Source: Nitrospiraceae bacterium (lineage in GTDB: Bacteria; Nitrospirota; Nitrospiria; Nitrospirales; Nitrospiraceae). Taken from it: a stretch of DNA of 64,000 nt. Below are positions 50,365 to 59,076 of the stretch, piece after piece. The stretch lies in NCBI GenBank assembly GCA_037442105.1, contig JBBIQV010000005.1:1-64000 (forward strand), given 5' to 3'. Position 1 is the stretch's first letter, and the number at the start of each line of letters is the position of its first letter. Both the position numbers and the translations under genes were made by a program. The notes beneath the pieces were generated by a model. The model was not told the origin of the DNA. It ran no database searches and worked only from the letters and a program-made list of their open reading frames with translations.

Positions 50365-51099
50365 TCAGTAGTCGACTCGCACGAGGTAGAGGCCATGAGG
50401 AGGGGCAGTCTGGCCGGCGGTGGACCGGTCATGGGCATTGAGAACGTCTTTCACACTTCCTGACGAACGTTTCCCCAGCCCCACCTCGACTAAGGTCCCG
50501 ACGATCGCGCGCACCATTTGTTTGAGAAAGCGGTCTGCATAGACTTGCAGACTGATAAGATCTTGGTCTTGCGAGATGTCGAGGCGTTGCAGGTCGCAAA
50601 CGGGGTTCTCGTTGTCGGTGGGCGAGCCTTGGAAGGACGAGAAATCGTGCCGACCAAGCAGGGCGCACGCGGCATCACGCATCGCCGCGATGTCGAGCCG
50701 TTTGCGGATATGCCAGGCACGGTTGCGGTCCAGCGCGGAGCGCTCCAACCTGTTTAGCAGGCGATACTCGTAGAGCTTGCCTAGGGCAGAATAACGGGCG
50801 TGGAAATCGTCCTGGACTTGTTGAACCTCCCGCACGCCGATGTTGTCGGGCAGGAGGCCGTTCAGTCCACGGAGCCATTCCTGCTCGGAGAATTGCCGGG
50901 CGGTCCGAAAACTGGCGATCTGTCCTAGTGCGTGGACGCCGGCGTCGGTCCGTCCAGCCCCGATGACCGAAGTCGGGGTCTGGGTCATCCGAAGAATCGC
51001 AGATTCGAGGGCCTCTTGAATGGTCGGCCGATTGGGTTGCCGCTGCCAGCCAGCGTAATCGGCGCCGTCATATTCAATGATGAGCTTGATGGTTGGCAT
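50365..51099 (-). CDS. truA: tRNA pseudouridine(38-40) synthase
   Basis: EYDGADYAGWQRQ, GAGRTDAGVHALGQ, FHARYSA, HDFSSF, FLKQMVRAIVG and TAPPHGLYL. Confidence 0.97.
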   Translation of the reverse strand: MPTIKLIIEYDGADYAGWQRQPNRPTIQEALESAILRMTQTPTSVIGAGRTDAGVHALGQIASFRTARQFSEQEWLRGLNGLLPDNIGVREVQQVQDDFHARYSALGKLYEYRLLNRLERSALDRNRAWHIRKRLDIAAMRDAACALLGRHDFSSFQGSPTDNENPVCDLQRLDISQDQDLISLQVYADRFLKQMVRAIVGTLVEVGLGKRSSGSVKDVLNAHDRSTAGQTAPPHGLYLVRVDY

Positions 51100-51144
51100 G
51101 AGGAAGCCGGGCGCAAGGCCTTCTACCTGGACGGGCCGATGCAG

Positions 51145-52431
51145 TTACCTGCCGGTTTGTCGGTTGGCGCTGAAGAATGCTTTCACCCCCTCGAACAGGG
51201 CTTCTGCCACCTGAAGCTGAAAAGATCTGGTTCGCAATAACTCTTCTTCGGCTGGATTGGATACGAACGCGATTTCCGCCAGAATGCTCGGCATACTGGT
51301 GTAGCGCAGGACATAGAACGGAGCGGTCTTGACACCGTGGTCCACGGTGTTATAGCGCCCGTTCAAGTGGCCGACCATCGCCTCCTTCGTGGCCCAGGCC
51401 AGCTCCAGGGATTCTGCGATCTTCTTCGTCGTCAGCAGGTCTGCCACCAGGTACTCCCACCCTACCCCGGTGCTGTTGAGGGGCGTGCCGTTTTCTCGGG
51501 CGGCCACTTCGAGCGCCCGCTGGTCCTTTGCCTCACCGAAGTGGTAGATCTCCAACCCCTTCACGTTGCGCTGTGGATGCGAATTGACGTGGATGGAGAC
51601 GAAGAGGTCGGCTTCATTGCTATTCGCAAACTTGGCACGATCTTCGAGCTCGACAAAGACATCGCGCTCGCGCGTCATCAATACACGCGTACTGCCGAGC
51701 TTGGCTAAGAGGTCACGCAGCCGGAGCCCGATCTGCAGCGTGACGTCTTTTTCTTCCGTGCCATGATGTCCTTTTGCGCCGGGGTCCTTGCCGCCGTGGC
51801 CGGGATCGATGACGATTGTCCTGAATACTTTCTGAGGAGGAGACGACGGTCTTGCCGGTATCTCGCTCAGGCTCGGAGTGGCGGCGGGAGGTGCGGTCTC
51901 AGATATGCGGCGTACCGGCTCGGGGGATCGAGGATATACGTCCACAACCAGGCGCGGCGGGTGTGACAACGGCAGTACTTTATAGGTGGAGATCGAGGTC
52001 GGTTTCAGGGCTACTGTCACAGCGCGATGGGGCGACTGTATCACGGTGAATGGATGAGGGATTGTGCCGGAAGAGGCCTGCGTACGGGCGGTTTTTCCGA
52101 GTGTGGCGTTCTTTAGTTTGATAATGATCCGGTCGGGATTGGCGTGGCGGCTCTCGGTGAAGCGGACGTGCCGGTCTAGATCCAGTACCAGGCGAGTGAG
52201 GTTCGCGTATGTCGCCACCCGCAGATTCTGAATCAGCGCCGGCACGCCCGAATTGGCTCCCGGCTTATACTTGATTGGATGAACGGACGGCTTAACAAGG
52301 GGTCGAACGCGATGAGTCTCGGCCGGTTGAGGTCCGGAGACGGTGGCTGAAGCAGATTCCGTGAATGCCGGCGCTGTCCCAACGAGCAGTGTTGTCAGGA
52401 GCAAGACACCGATCCGGTCAAGGACCTTCAC
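51145..52431 (-). CDS. N-acetylmuramoyl-L-alanine amidase with AMIN domain
   Basis: Signal peptide, TRLVLDL and PPRLVVDV, IDPGHGGKDPGA, EKDV, FVSIHVNS and PSILAEIAF; GTG start at 52431. Confidence 0.92.
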   Translation of the reverse strand: MKVLDRIGVLLLTTLLVGTAPAFTESASATVSGPQPAETHRVRPLVKPSVHPIKYKPGANSGVPALIQNLRVATYANLTRLVLDLDRHVRFTESRHANPDRIIIKLKNATLGKTARTQASSGTIPHPFTVIQSPHRAVTVALKPTSISTYKVLPLSHPPRLVVDVYPRSPEPVRRISETAPPAATPSLSEIPARPSSPPQKVFRTIVIDPGHGGKDPGAKGHHGTEEKDVTLQIGLRLRDLLAKLGSTRVLMTRERDVFVELEDRAKFANSNEADLFVSIHVNSHPQRNVKGLEIYHFGEAKDQRALEVAARENGTPLNSTGVGWEYLVADLLTTKKIAESLELAWATKEAMVGHLNGRYNTVDHGVKTAPFYVLRYTSMPSILAEIAFVSNPAEEELLRTRSFQLQVAEALFEGVKAFFSANRQTGR

Positions 52432-52578
52432 GACAAAGCCTTTCTCTTGGGTGAAGGCGAAGCAGAGGAATAAAAACTTTCTCTCAGATGCCCGGCCCAT
52501 TGTCAAGGGGAAGTGCTGGACGTGCGTGGAGTTTCGACGAATTGACAGGATGGCAGGAGTCGGCTAGGGTCGAGAGCG

Positions 52579-53118
52579 ATGGCCACCCACCTGATCATCG
52601 ACGGGTATAACCTGCTGGGGGTACGCCGGCGAGGGGCAGCAGAGGAAGGGGCGCGATTAGAATTCGCGCGAGAACAACTGCTCCGCGACCTCGCCGCCTA
52701 CCACCATCGAAGGGGCCACGCGATCACTGTCGTTTTCGATGCATGGCAAACGGGGCTCGGGTTCGAGCGGCAGGAACACCGGTCCGGTGTCGAAGTGGTC
52801 TATTCGCGCCGGGGGGAGCGGGCGGACCAGGTGATTCAACGGCTCGCGCAGGAGTTCGGCCGCGACTGTGCGATCGTGTCGTCGGATCAGGAGGTGATCC
52901 GTAGCGCCCGAGCGCAGGGGGCGTTTGTCCTTTCGTCGGCGGAGTTCGAGTCTCGATTGCGGATCCCGCCGGCGTCGCACCATGTAGGGCGCTCGGTGGA
53001 AAAGGATGTGGATCGCAATGAAGAGGATCTTCCCCGACGCAACCCAGAGAAGAAGGGCAATCCGCGTAAGCTTCCCAAGGCGTTGCGTAAGCGTAGTCAG
53101 CAGCTCAGGAGATTTTGA
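52579..53118 (+). CDS. NYN-domain ribonuclease (YacP/Rae1-like)
   Basis: LIIDGYNL, VVFDA, ADQVI and VSSDQEV acidic motifs. Confidence 0.85.
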   Translation: MATHLIIDGYNLLGVRRRGAAEEGARLEFAREQLLRDLAAYHHRRGHAITVVFDAWQTGLGFERQEHRSGVEVVYSRRGERADQVIQRLAQEFGRDCAIVSSDQEVIRSARAQGAFVLSSAEFESRLRIPPASHHVGRSVEKDVDRNEEDLPRRNPEKKGNPRKLPKALRKRSQQLRRF

Positions 53119-53884
53119 AGAGACGGCGGGCGTTGTCCGTGGTGATACGGCCGATGTCTTCGACCGAGAGCGGCACCTCGACGGATTTGAGTTCGGCCAA
53201 CCGCTCCGCGACCAACCTCACATAGGCCGGCTCATTACGCTTGCCACGATGGGGCATCGGCGTTAAGTAGGGACAATCAGTCTCGATCAGTAGGCGGTCG
53301 ATCGGGACTGTTTTGGCGATCTCGCGCAACATCGCGGCATTCTGAAAAGTGAGGATACCTGAGAATGACAGGTAGAAGCCAAGATCCAACGCATGCTTCG
53401 CCAGCCACGCGTCTCCCGAGAAACAGTGAAATACCCCGCCGACTTCCGACGCGTTCTCTTCTCGAAGGATCGCGATCGTGTCTTCTTGCGCCTCCCTCGT
53501 GTGGATCACAATCGGGAGTTTGAGCTCTCGTGCCAAACCGATTTGTTCACGGAAGCGAGTGCGCTGTTCGTTCGGAGGCGAGTAATGGTAGTGGTAATCA
53601 AGGCCGATTTCCCCGTATGCCACTACTTTCCGATGCGTCGCGAGCCGGTGTAGTTCGTCGTACCAGCCGTCCGCGATATATTTCACTTCGTGTGGGTGGA
53701 CGCCGATAGTGGCGTAGACAAAGGGGTATTGTTCGGCAAGCGCCACCGCTGCGTGACTCGTGGTCAGGTCGCAGCCGATCGTAATGAAGGTCTCCACCCC
53801 GGCTTCCCGTGCGCGGGCGATCATGGCCTCGCGATCTCCGTCGTAACGAGCGTCATCGAGATGCATATGGGTATCGATCAACAT
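53105..53884 (-). CDS. tatD: TatD family hydrolase
   Basis: IDTHMHL, GVHPH, GEIGLDY, IHTREA, HCFSG, ETDCPYL and NEPA. Confidence 0.95.
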   Translation of the reverse strand: MLIDTHMHLDDARYDGDREAMIARAREAGVETFITIGCDLTTSHAAVALAEQYPFVYATIGVHPHEVKYIADGWYDELHRLATHRKVVAYGEIGLDYHYHYSPPNEQRTRFREQIGLARELKLPIVIHTREAQEDTIAILREENASEVGGVFHCFSGDAWLAKHALDLGFYLSFSGILTFQNAAMLREIAKTVPIDRLLIETDCPYLTPMPHRGKRNEPAYVRLVAERLAELKSVEVPLSVEDIGRITTDNARRLFKIS

Positions 53885-53950
53885 AGCGGTTGTTATGCTA
53901 ACACGACCAGGGCTCCTCGGAGAAGAAACGGTTCGTCGGCGATGCGTTGA

Positions 53951-53979
53951 TTGACAGTAGTCGGTTGCTATGGTACTAA
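53951..53979 (+). promoter_or_regulatory. Sigma70 promoter immediately before the RAPP leader ORF
   Basis: Perfect TTGACA, 17 bp spacer, TACTAA with TG extension; ATG follows only 10 bp after the -10 box. Confidence 0.6.
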
Positions 53980-53989
53980 ATTCGCCCCT

Positions 53990-54322
53990 ATGAAATGGTC
54001 TCAACACATCTCGATCCTCGGGCAAGTCGGTCGGTTCTGGCTTGCGAGCAGTTTGGTGCTGCTCCTGCTGGTGCTGGCGCCGTTTGCGGTGGCACAGGAC
54101 GTCCACCATGAACTGGCAGCGGCCGATCAAGACGGGCATGAGCACTCCGATACGGACCTCTGTCAGTGGGTGCAGCATCACACCACCGGCTCGCTCGTCC
54201 TTGCGATTCCGCCGTTAGCCTCCTGGTCGCCGATCAGTGTGCATGAATGGGTTCCTGTCACAGTTCTCGTCTCCTCTTATTCCCTTTCCGTCGGGCCGTC
54301 CCGCGCTCCTCCACGCTCCTGA
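53990..54322 (+). CDS. His-rich exported leader protein ending in RAPP (DUF2946/CruR/CutF-like arrest peptide)
   Basis: Hydrophobic signal segment, HHE..DGHEHSDTDLCQWVQHH, C-terminal PSRAPPRS-stop; directly upstream of a TonB-dependent receptor. Confidence 0.8.
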   Translation: MKWSQHISILGQVGRFWLASSLVLLLLVLAPFAVAQDVHHELAAADQDGHEHSDTDLCQWVQHHTTGSLVLAIPPLASWSPISVHEWVPVTVLVSSYSLSVGPSRAPPRS

Positions 54323-54428
54323 CAAGCGAACTAATTATCGTGCGCTCTGCTGCGTCGGCGGACTCTGTCCGTTTTCTTCCGTGCGGACGCACGCTTCATT
54401 ATGGCTGTTCAGTGACCCGGAGGAACGG

Positions 54429-56849
54429 ATGCAAGGCCATGCATGGGTCAGCGTCTTATTGCTCTTTTCGCTTATCCTGACCGGTGTGATGGAAACTGCC
54501 ACGGCGGCAGCGAGCGAGAGGCGAACTATTACGGGATCGGTTCAGAACCAGGACCTGCGCCGGGTCCCGCAGGTGGTCGTGGAGGTTAAGGATCAGGAAG
54601 GGACGGTCGTGGCGACAGGAGTCAGCAACGATGCCGGCGAGTTTTCGATTGCGATCTCGAAGGAAGGGACCTATTCGGTCAGCGCCGTCCAGGAGACTTA
54701 CCGAAGCGAGTATGTCGTTCTGAATGTGGGGGCGGACCAGCCCAAGCCGGTCGTATTGACGCTGGCTAAGACAAAAGAGATTGCGCTGGAAGTGGTGTCT
54801 CCGTTGCCGCCTATCCAATACAAGGCGTCCAGCGAAACCTACTCGGTCAGCCGGAAAGAAATCGAAGCTCTTCCCCGGGGAAACAACAACGAACTGCATG
54901 ATGTGTTGATCACGATTCCCAGTGCGACCTATGGGGCGTTGAAGCAAGTCCATATCCGGCAGGACCATGCGAACCTTCAACTCCGCATCGACGGCGTCCC
55001 TATCCCGGACACCGTGTCTTCGACGTTCTCCGATGTCATCACACCTCGGGCGTGGGAGCGGGTCGATATCATCCTCGGCGGTATGGAGGCGCAGTACGGA
55101 AACAAGACGGCTGCGGTACTCGACATCACAACCAAGAGCGGGACCAAGCCGGGATTTGGGTCGCTTCAGATGTTCGGCGGGTCGAACCAGACGATCAATC
55201 CGTCAGTCGAGTACGGAGGTGCGGTTGGGGAGAAGTTCCGGTACTATGTGCTGCATAGTTACACGTCTACGAACCGGGGTATCGAGCCGCCGACGCTGGG
55301 CCATTCCGTGTTCCACGGGCAGAGCGAGCGGCAGCAGACATTCATCCGCGGGGACTATCAGCGCGACAACCGGAACAACTTCACCTGGCTGCTCCTGAAT
55401 TCCGTCGCCAAGTACCAGATTCCGACCACGCCGGGGTTGGACCTCGATCCGAGCGGAAAAATTCTACCGCTGCTTCAGGCGAGCCGACCGGGTTTTGCAC
55501 CGGTCGCGTCCCAGGCGATCGATGAATTCCAGAACGAGGACAATCAATACGGTCACATGGTATGGCGGCATGATGTGAACGCCAATAACTTCTTCGGTCT
55601 GGCCGGTTATGTCCGCCATACGCGGGCGACCTTCAAGACCGATCCCTTCAACGTGCTGGCTTATACGGCAAATCCGGCGGAACCGTTTTCCGCGGCGGAT
55701 CAAGACCGGAACGCCTATTCAGCCGGCGTCCGGCTGGACTATACCTACACGCCGACGAAGGAGCACTTGATCAAGACCGGATTTCAAATCGACCGGACGC
55801 AGGCCGTGAATAAGACGCGCATCTTCACATTTGCCGACGATGGAGCCGGTAATCCGACCGGCAATGTCCTCAACCTCAATGCGGACAACCGCTTGATCGG
55901 CTGGCGCCAGGAATTGTGGGTTCAGGATCAATGGACTCCCAGCGACCGTTGGACCTTCAACGTGGGCGTGCGCGGGGACGCCGTGCAGTATCTCCGGAGC
56001 GAAGGGCAGATCAGTCCGCGCGCGGGTGTGACCTACAAGTATAACCAGGCCAACGTCTTCCATGCATTCTATGGACGGCAGTTTACGCCGCCGAACCTGG
56101 AAGCGATCTCCTTTGCCAAACTGAATACGGTCGGCACCAAAGCCGCACCCGAAGATACGACGAACAACACCGTGCGCGCTGAACGGGCGCACTATTTCGA
56201 GGTCGGCAGTTACCATGCGCTCAACCGCTCCGCTACGTTGGAGCTGACCGGGTATTATAAGATCAGTCACTTCCTGTCGGATGCGGGGCAGTTCGGCACA
56301 ACACCGTTGCTCAACTATTTCGCGTTTGAACGGGGCTGGCAGCGTGGTATTGACGGAGCCCTGAAACTCCAGCTCATGGACAATCTGACTGCTCGCGGCA
56401 ACGTGGCGTGGGGGCAGTGTAAAGGCTACGGGCTGCAATCCGGCCACTTCCTCCTCGATGCCAAGGAGATCGCCGACATCCAGTCGCGCGGTGGTGTATT
56501 CTGTGATCACACGCAAATGCTGACGAGTTCCGCTGTCGTGAGTTATAAATTCAAGGAGCGGACGACGGTGACCGGCCAGATGCTGTTCGGATCCGGCTTG
56601 AGAACAGCGGCGGACGAGGATGCGAAAACCAATTCTACGCATAGTCCGTCGTATACGATTTATAATTTATCGATTGCTCATGTGATTCCGCTTCCGTGGG
56701 ATCAACAGAAATTTATGCTGGGCTTCGACGTGATTAATCTGCTCGATCAAAAATACTTCATCAATCAAGGAGAGGGCAGCATCGGGCTGGGCGTGGCTCA
56801 CGCCGGCATGCCACGGTCGTATTTCTTCAGAGGGCAGTGGTTCTTCTGA
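54429..56849 (+). CDS. TonB-dependent outer-membrane receptor
   Basis: Signal peptide, carboxypeptidase-regulatory-like N-domain, plug (IDGVPI..AQYG..AVLDITTK), SPRAG, NLLDQKY, C-terminal Phe; GGAGGA RBS. Confidence 0.92.
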   Translation: MQGHAWVSVLLLFSLILTGVMETATAAASERRTITGSVQNQDLRRVPQVVVEVKDQEGTVVATGVSNDAGEFSIAISKEGTYSVSAVQETYRSEYVVLNVGADQPKPVVLTLAKTKEIALEVVSPLPPIQYKASSETYSVSRKEIEALPRGNNNELHDVLITIPSATYGALKQVHIRQDHANLQLRIDGVPIPDTVSSTFSDVITPRAWERVDIILGGMEAQYGNKTAAVLDITTKSGTKPGFGSLQMFGGSNQTINPSVEYGGAVGEKFRYYVLHSYTSTNRGIEPPTLGHSVFHGQSERQQTFIRGDYQRDNRNNFTWLLLNSVAKYQIPTTPGLDLDPSGKILPLLQASRPGFAPVASQAIDEFQNEDNQYGHMVWRHDVNANNFFGLAGYVRHTRATFKTDPFNVLAYTANPAEPFSAADQDRNAYSAGVRLDYTYTPTKEHLIKTGFQIDRTQAVNKTRIFTFADDGAGNPTGNVLNLNADNRLIGWRQELWVQDQWTPSDRWTFNVGVRGDAVQYLRSEGQISPRAGVTYKYNQANVFHAFYGRQFTPPNLEAISFAKLNTVGTKAAPEDTTNNTVRAERAHYFEVGSYHALNRSATLELTGYYKISHFLSDAGQFGTTPLLNYFAFERGWQRGIDGALKLQLMDNLTARGNVAWGQCKGYGLQSGHFLLDAKEIADIQSRGGVFCDHTQMLTSSAVVSYKFKERTTVTGQMLFGSGLRTAADEDAKTNSTHSPSYTIYNLSIAHVIPLPWDQQKFMLGFDVINLLDQKYFINQGEGSIGLGVAHAGMPRSYFFRGQWFF

Positions 56850-56897
56850 AACCATAAAGGCTTAGGCTGAGGTCTAGGTTAAGGGGGGAGGGAATCG

Positions 56898-57344
56898 ATG
56901 TTCGTGCGTTACGCACTCTTGTGGCTGGTTGTGTGCCTCAACCTGAACCTCAGCCTTAGCCTGAACCTTGGCTTGGCCGCCGAGGGGGATCGCGCGACGC
57001 ATGAATCTGATCATGAAGAAGATGTGTTGGAACTGCCCGAAGTCCATGTCCATGGCCTGCCACTGAACAAAGACCAGCAATTCGGGCCTGTTCCCAAATC
57101 GACCCCTTGGCCACAAATTCCGTCAATGCTAGACGGCAAGGATCTGGATGACTGGATGAAAGCGCGCATGCTGGTCTCCAGGGATGCGAAGGTGACGGTT
57201 GTCGTGCTTGAACCGGCGAAGCATCGCGAACTCACCTTGGCCGGTATTGCGGCGTTGAGCAAGTGGACCTTCGATCCGCAGTTGAAAGGTGAAGATCCTG
57301 TCGATGGAGAACTTACCGTCCGCATCCATTTTCGCACTCGATAA
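56898..57344 (+). CDS. Short TonB C-terminal-domain protein
   Basis: AGIAALSKWTFDPQLKGEDPVDGELTVRIHF resembles TonB_C; N-terminal hydrophobic segment and HESDHEE; follows the receptor. Confidence 0.7.
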   Translation: MFVRYALLWLVVCLNLNLSLSLNLGLAAEGDRATHESDHEEDVLELPEVHVHGLPLNKDQQFGPVPKSTPWPQIPSMLDGKDLDDWMKARMLVSRDAKVTVVVLEPAKHRELTLAGIAALSKWTFDPQLKGEDPVDGELTVRIHFRTR

Positions 57345-57439
57345 GCCACGTCAATCGTCATTGGTCATTCGTCACACGAACGAATCGAGAGTCCGCTTAA
57401 CGGTTGACGAATGACGGTGGACGTTTTATCGTCGCTCTT

Positions 57440-58015
57440 ATGAACTTGGACGAGATACTTTTTCGCGCCGTCAACGGGCTGGCCGGTCGCGCTTCGGGTG
57501 TCGATGCGCTGATGCTGGCGGTTGCCGACCCCACGCTCCTCTGGGCACCTGGCATCTTGCTCGGTGGCTATTGGCTCTGGCTGAATTGGCGAGAAGTGAT
57601 GATCGCGGCGCCGGGTCTTGCCGGGACCATCGGTGCGAGCGATTTTGTCGGTGCCCGCATCAAAGACCTGATTGCCCGCCCACGCCCCTGTATGGTCTTG
57701 AGTCAGCTTCATCAACTTGAAGCCTGCGGCAAAGTCTTCAGCTTTCCCTCCAACCACGCCCTCAACACGGCCACGGCCGCAGCGTTCTTTCAGATACTCT
57801 ATCCGCGATCCGGTTGGGTGAGCTGGCCGATCGTGGCGCTGATCGGCTTTGCCCGTGTTTACATCGGGGCGCATTATGTCACGGATATCATCGGCGGCTG
57901 GCTCATTGGTGGGCTTTTCGGGGTTGGAGCCGCATGGCTCCTGCTCTGCTGGTCCCGGTTCAGAACCGCAAAGGCTGCCGCGACCTTTCCGCAGCTCTCC
58001 TCGACGGAGAAGTAG
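57440..58015 (+). CDS. PAP2-family membrane phosphatase
   Basis: KDLIARPRP, SFPSNH and ARVYIGAHYVTD. Confidence 0.9.
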   Translation: MNLDEILFRAVNGLAGRASGVDALMLAVADPTLLWAPGILLGGYWLWLNWREVMIAAPGLAGTIGASDFVGARIKDLIARPRPCMVLSQLHQLEACGKVFSFPSNHALNTATAAAFFQILYPRSGWVSWPIVALIGFARVYIGAHYVTDIIGGWLIGGLFGVGAAWLLLCWSRFRTAKAAATFPQLSSTEK

Positions 58016-58028
58016 CCCGCGTCTGTTC

Positions 58029-59000
58029 CTACCGCTCTCTCTCGACACAGGCGAGCAACTCCTCGCGACATCGATCCTGGTCATAGTCTCTGCCGATCAA
58101 AATGACCACCGGCTCCGGTTCATCGAGCAAAGTCACCGGCGCGATTGTGTTGGTGTGTGGAGGGAAAAGCTGGAACTCCTGAAGTTCCGACTCCTTGGTG
58201 AACCGAAAGAATCCCTTGGCTCGTTCGAGACCTTCCGGCAGTTGCGTGAGCCATCGGAGAAATCGTTCGCGGTCGAGCGAACCGGGTAGTTTTATGGTGA
58301 GTATCATGGGATGGCGCGGCTTAGGTTTCGCGAGGACGAATGAAAGAGATGACGACTCGCCGAACTCGACATTGGGTGGGACCGGCAGTGCCGCCCGTTG
58401 CAGCGGTTGAAGTAAGGCCGGTATATCCAGACGCGCGTGGCTGGTCTCCCAGAGGCGGGCGTACGGATTCTGTTCAAGCACGACGGTCTTGAACCGCTCC
58501 CAATGGCCCGGCACGTAGAGGTCTCGCTTGTTAAGAATCAGATCGTCGGCGTACCGGATCGAATGACGGGTGACAAGATCTTCGATCGTGCCCTCAGACG
58601 TTGTGACTGGATGCAAAAGCGCAATGATGCGCTCTAAGCGCGTAAGGCGTGAGACGTACACATCGGTCAGGCCGTCTACGACCTCGGCGGGGTCGGCCAT
58701 GCCGGAACACTCGAGGACGATCACGTCGGATGCATAGTCTTGCACGAGTTGGGCGATCCCCCAGGCGAGATCGTCCTTCGTGTCGCAGCACACGCATCCA
58801 CCGGCTAGATTGAGGACCTGTTCGGCTAAGGTTCCCGCGCGCGGCCCGTCGATACTGACGGCGCCCGCCTCGTTCATCAGCACACCGGTCCGGCGACCCT
58901 GTTGTTTCCAATGTTCGAGCAACCGCATGAGGAGCGTGGTTTTGCCGGCGCCGAGCGATCCGCACAGGACATAGAATGGAACCGGCTCTTTCATCTGCAT
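58029..59000 (-). CDS. COG0523 (CobW/ZigA-like) G3E metallochaperone GTPase
   Basis: GSLGAGKTT, NEAG, GGCVCC, ECSGMADP, LNKRDL and C-terminal RAKGF. Confidence 0.9.
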   Translation of the reverse strand: MQMKEPVPFYVLCGSLGAGKTTLLMRLLEHWKQQGRRTGVLMNEAGAVSIDGPRAGTLAEQVLNLAGGCVCCDTKDDLAWGIAQLVQDYASDVIVLECSGMADPAEVVDGLTDVYVSRLTRLERIIALLHPVTTSEGTIEDLVTRHSIRYADDLILNKRDLYVPGHWERFKTVVLEQNPYARLWETSHARLDIPALLQPLQRAALPVPPNVEFGESSSLSFVLAKPKPRHPMILTIKLPGSLDRERFLRWLTQLPEGLERAKGFFRFTKESELQEFQLFPPHTNTIAPVTLLDEPEPVVILIGRDYDQDRCREELLACVERER

Positions 59001-59076
59001 CCTGGCCTGTCCTTTGTCGGGATGAAATGCGTATACAGGCGACTATTGTAGCTGGCTCGACAGTCGGGGGAAAGAT

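Noticed and set aside
52579..53884. NYN plus TatD as an anti-phage nuclease pair
   Set aside because: Both look like ordinary housekeeping families, are convergent, and lack defence-island context
53885..54181. Long N-terminal extension of the tatD ORF
   Set aside because: TatD homology starts at MLIDTH (53884); the extension overlaps the promoter and the RAPP leader on the other strand
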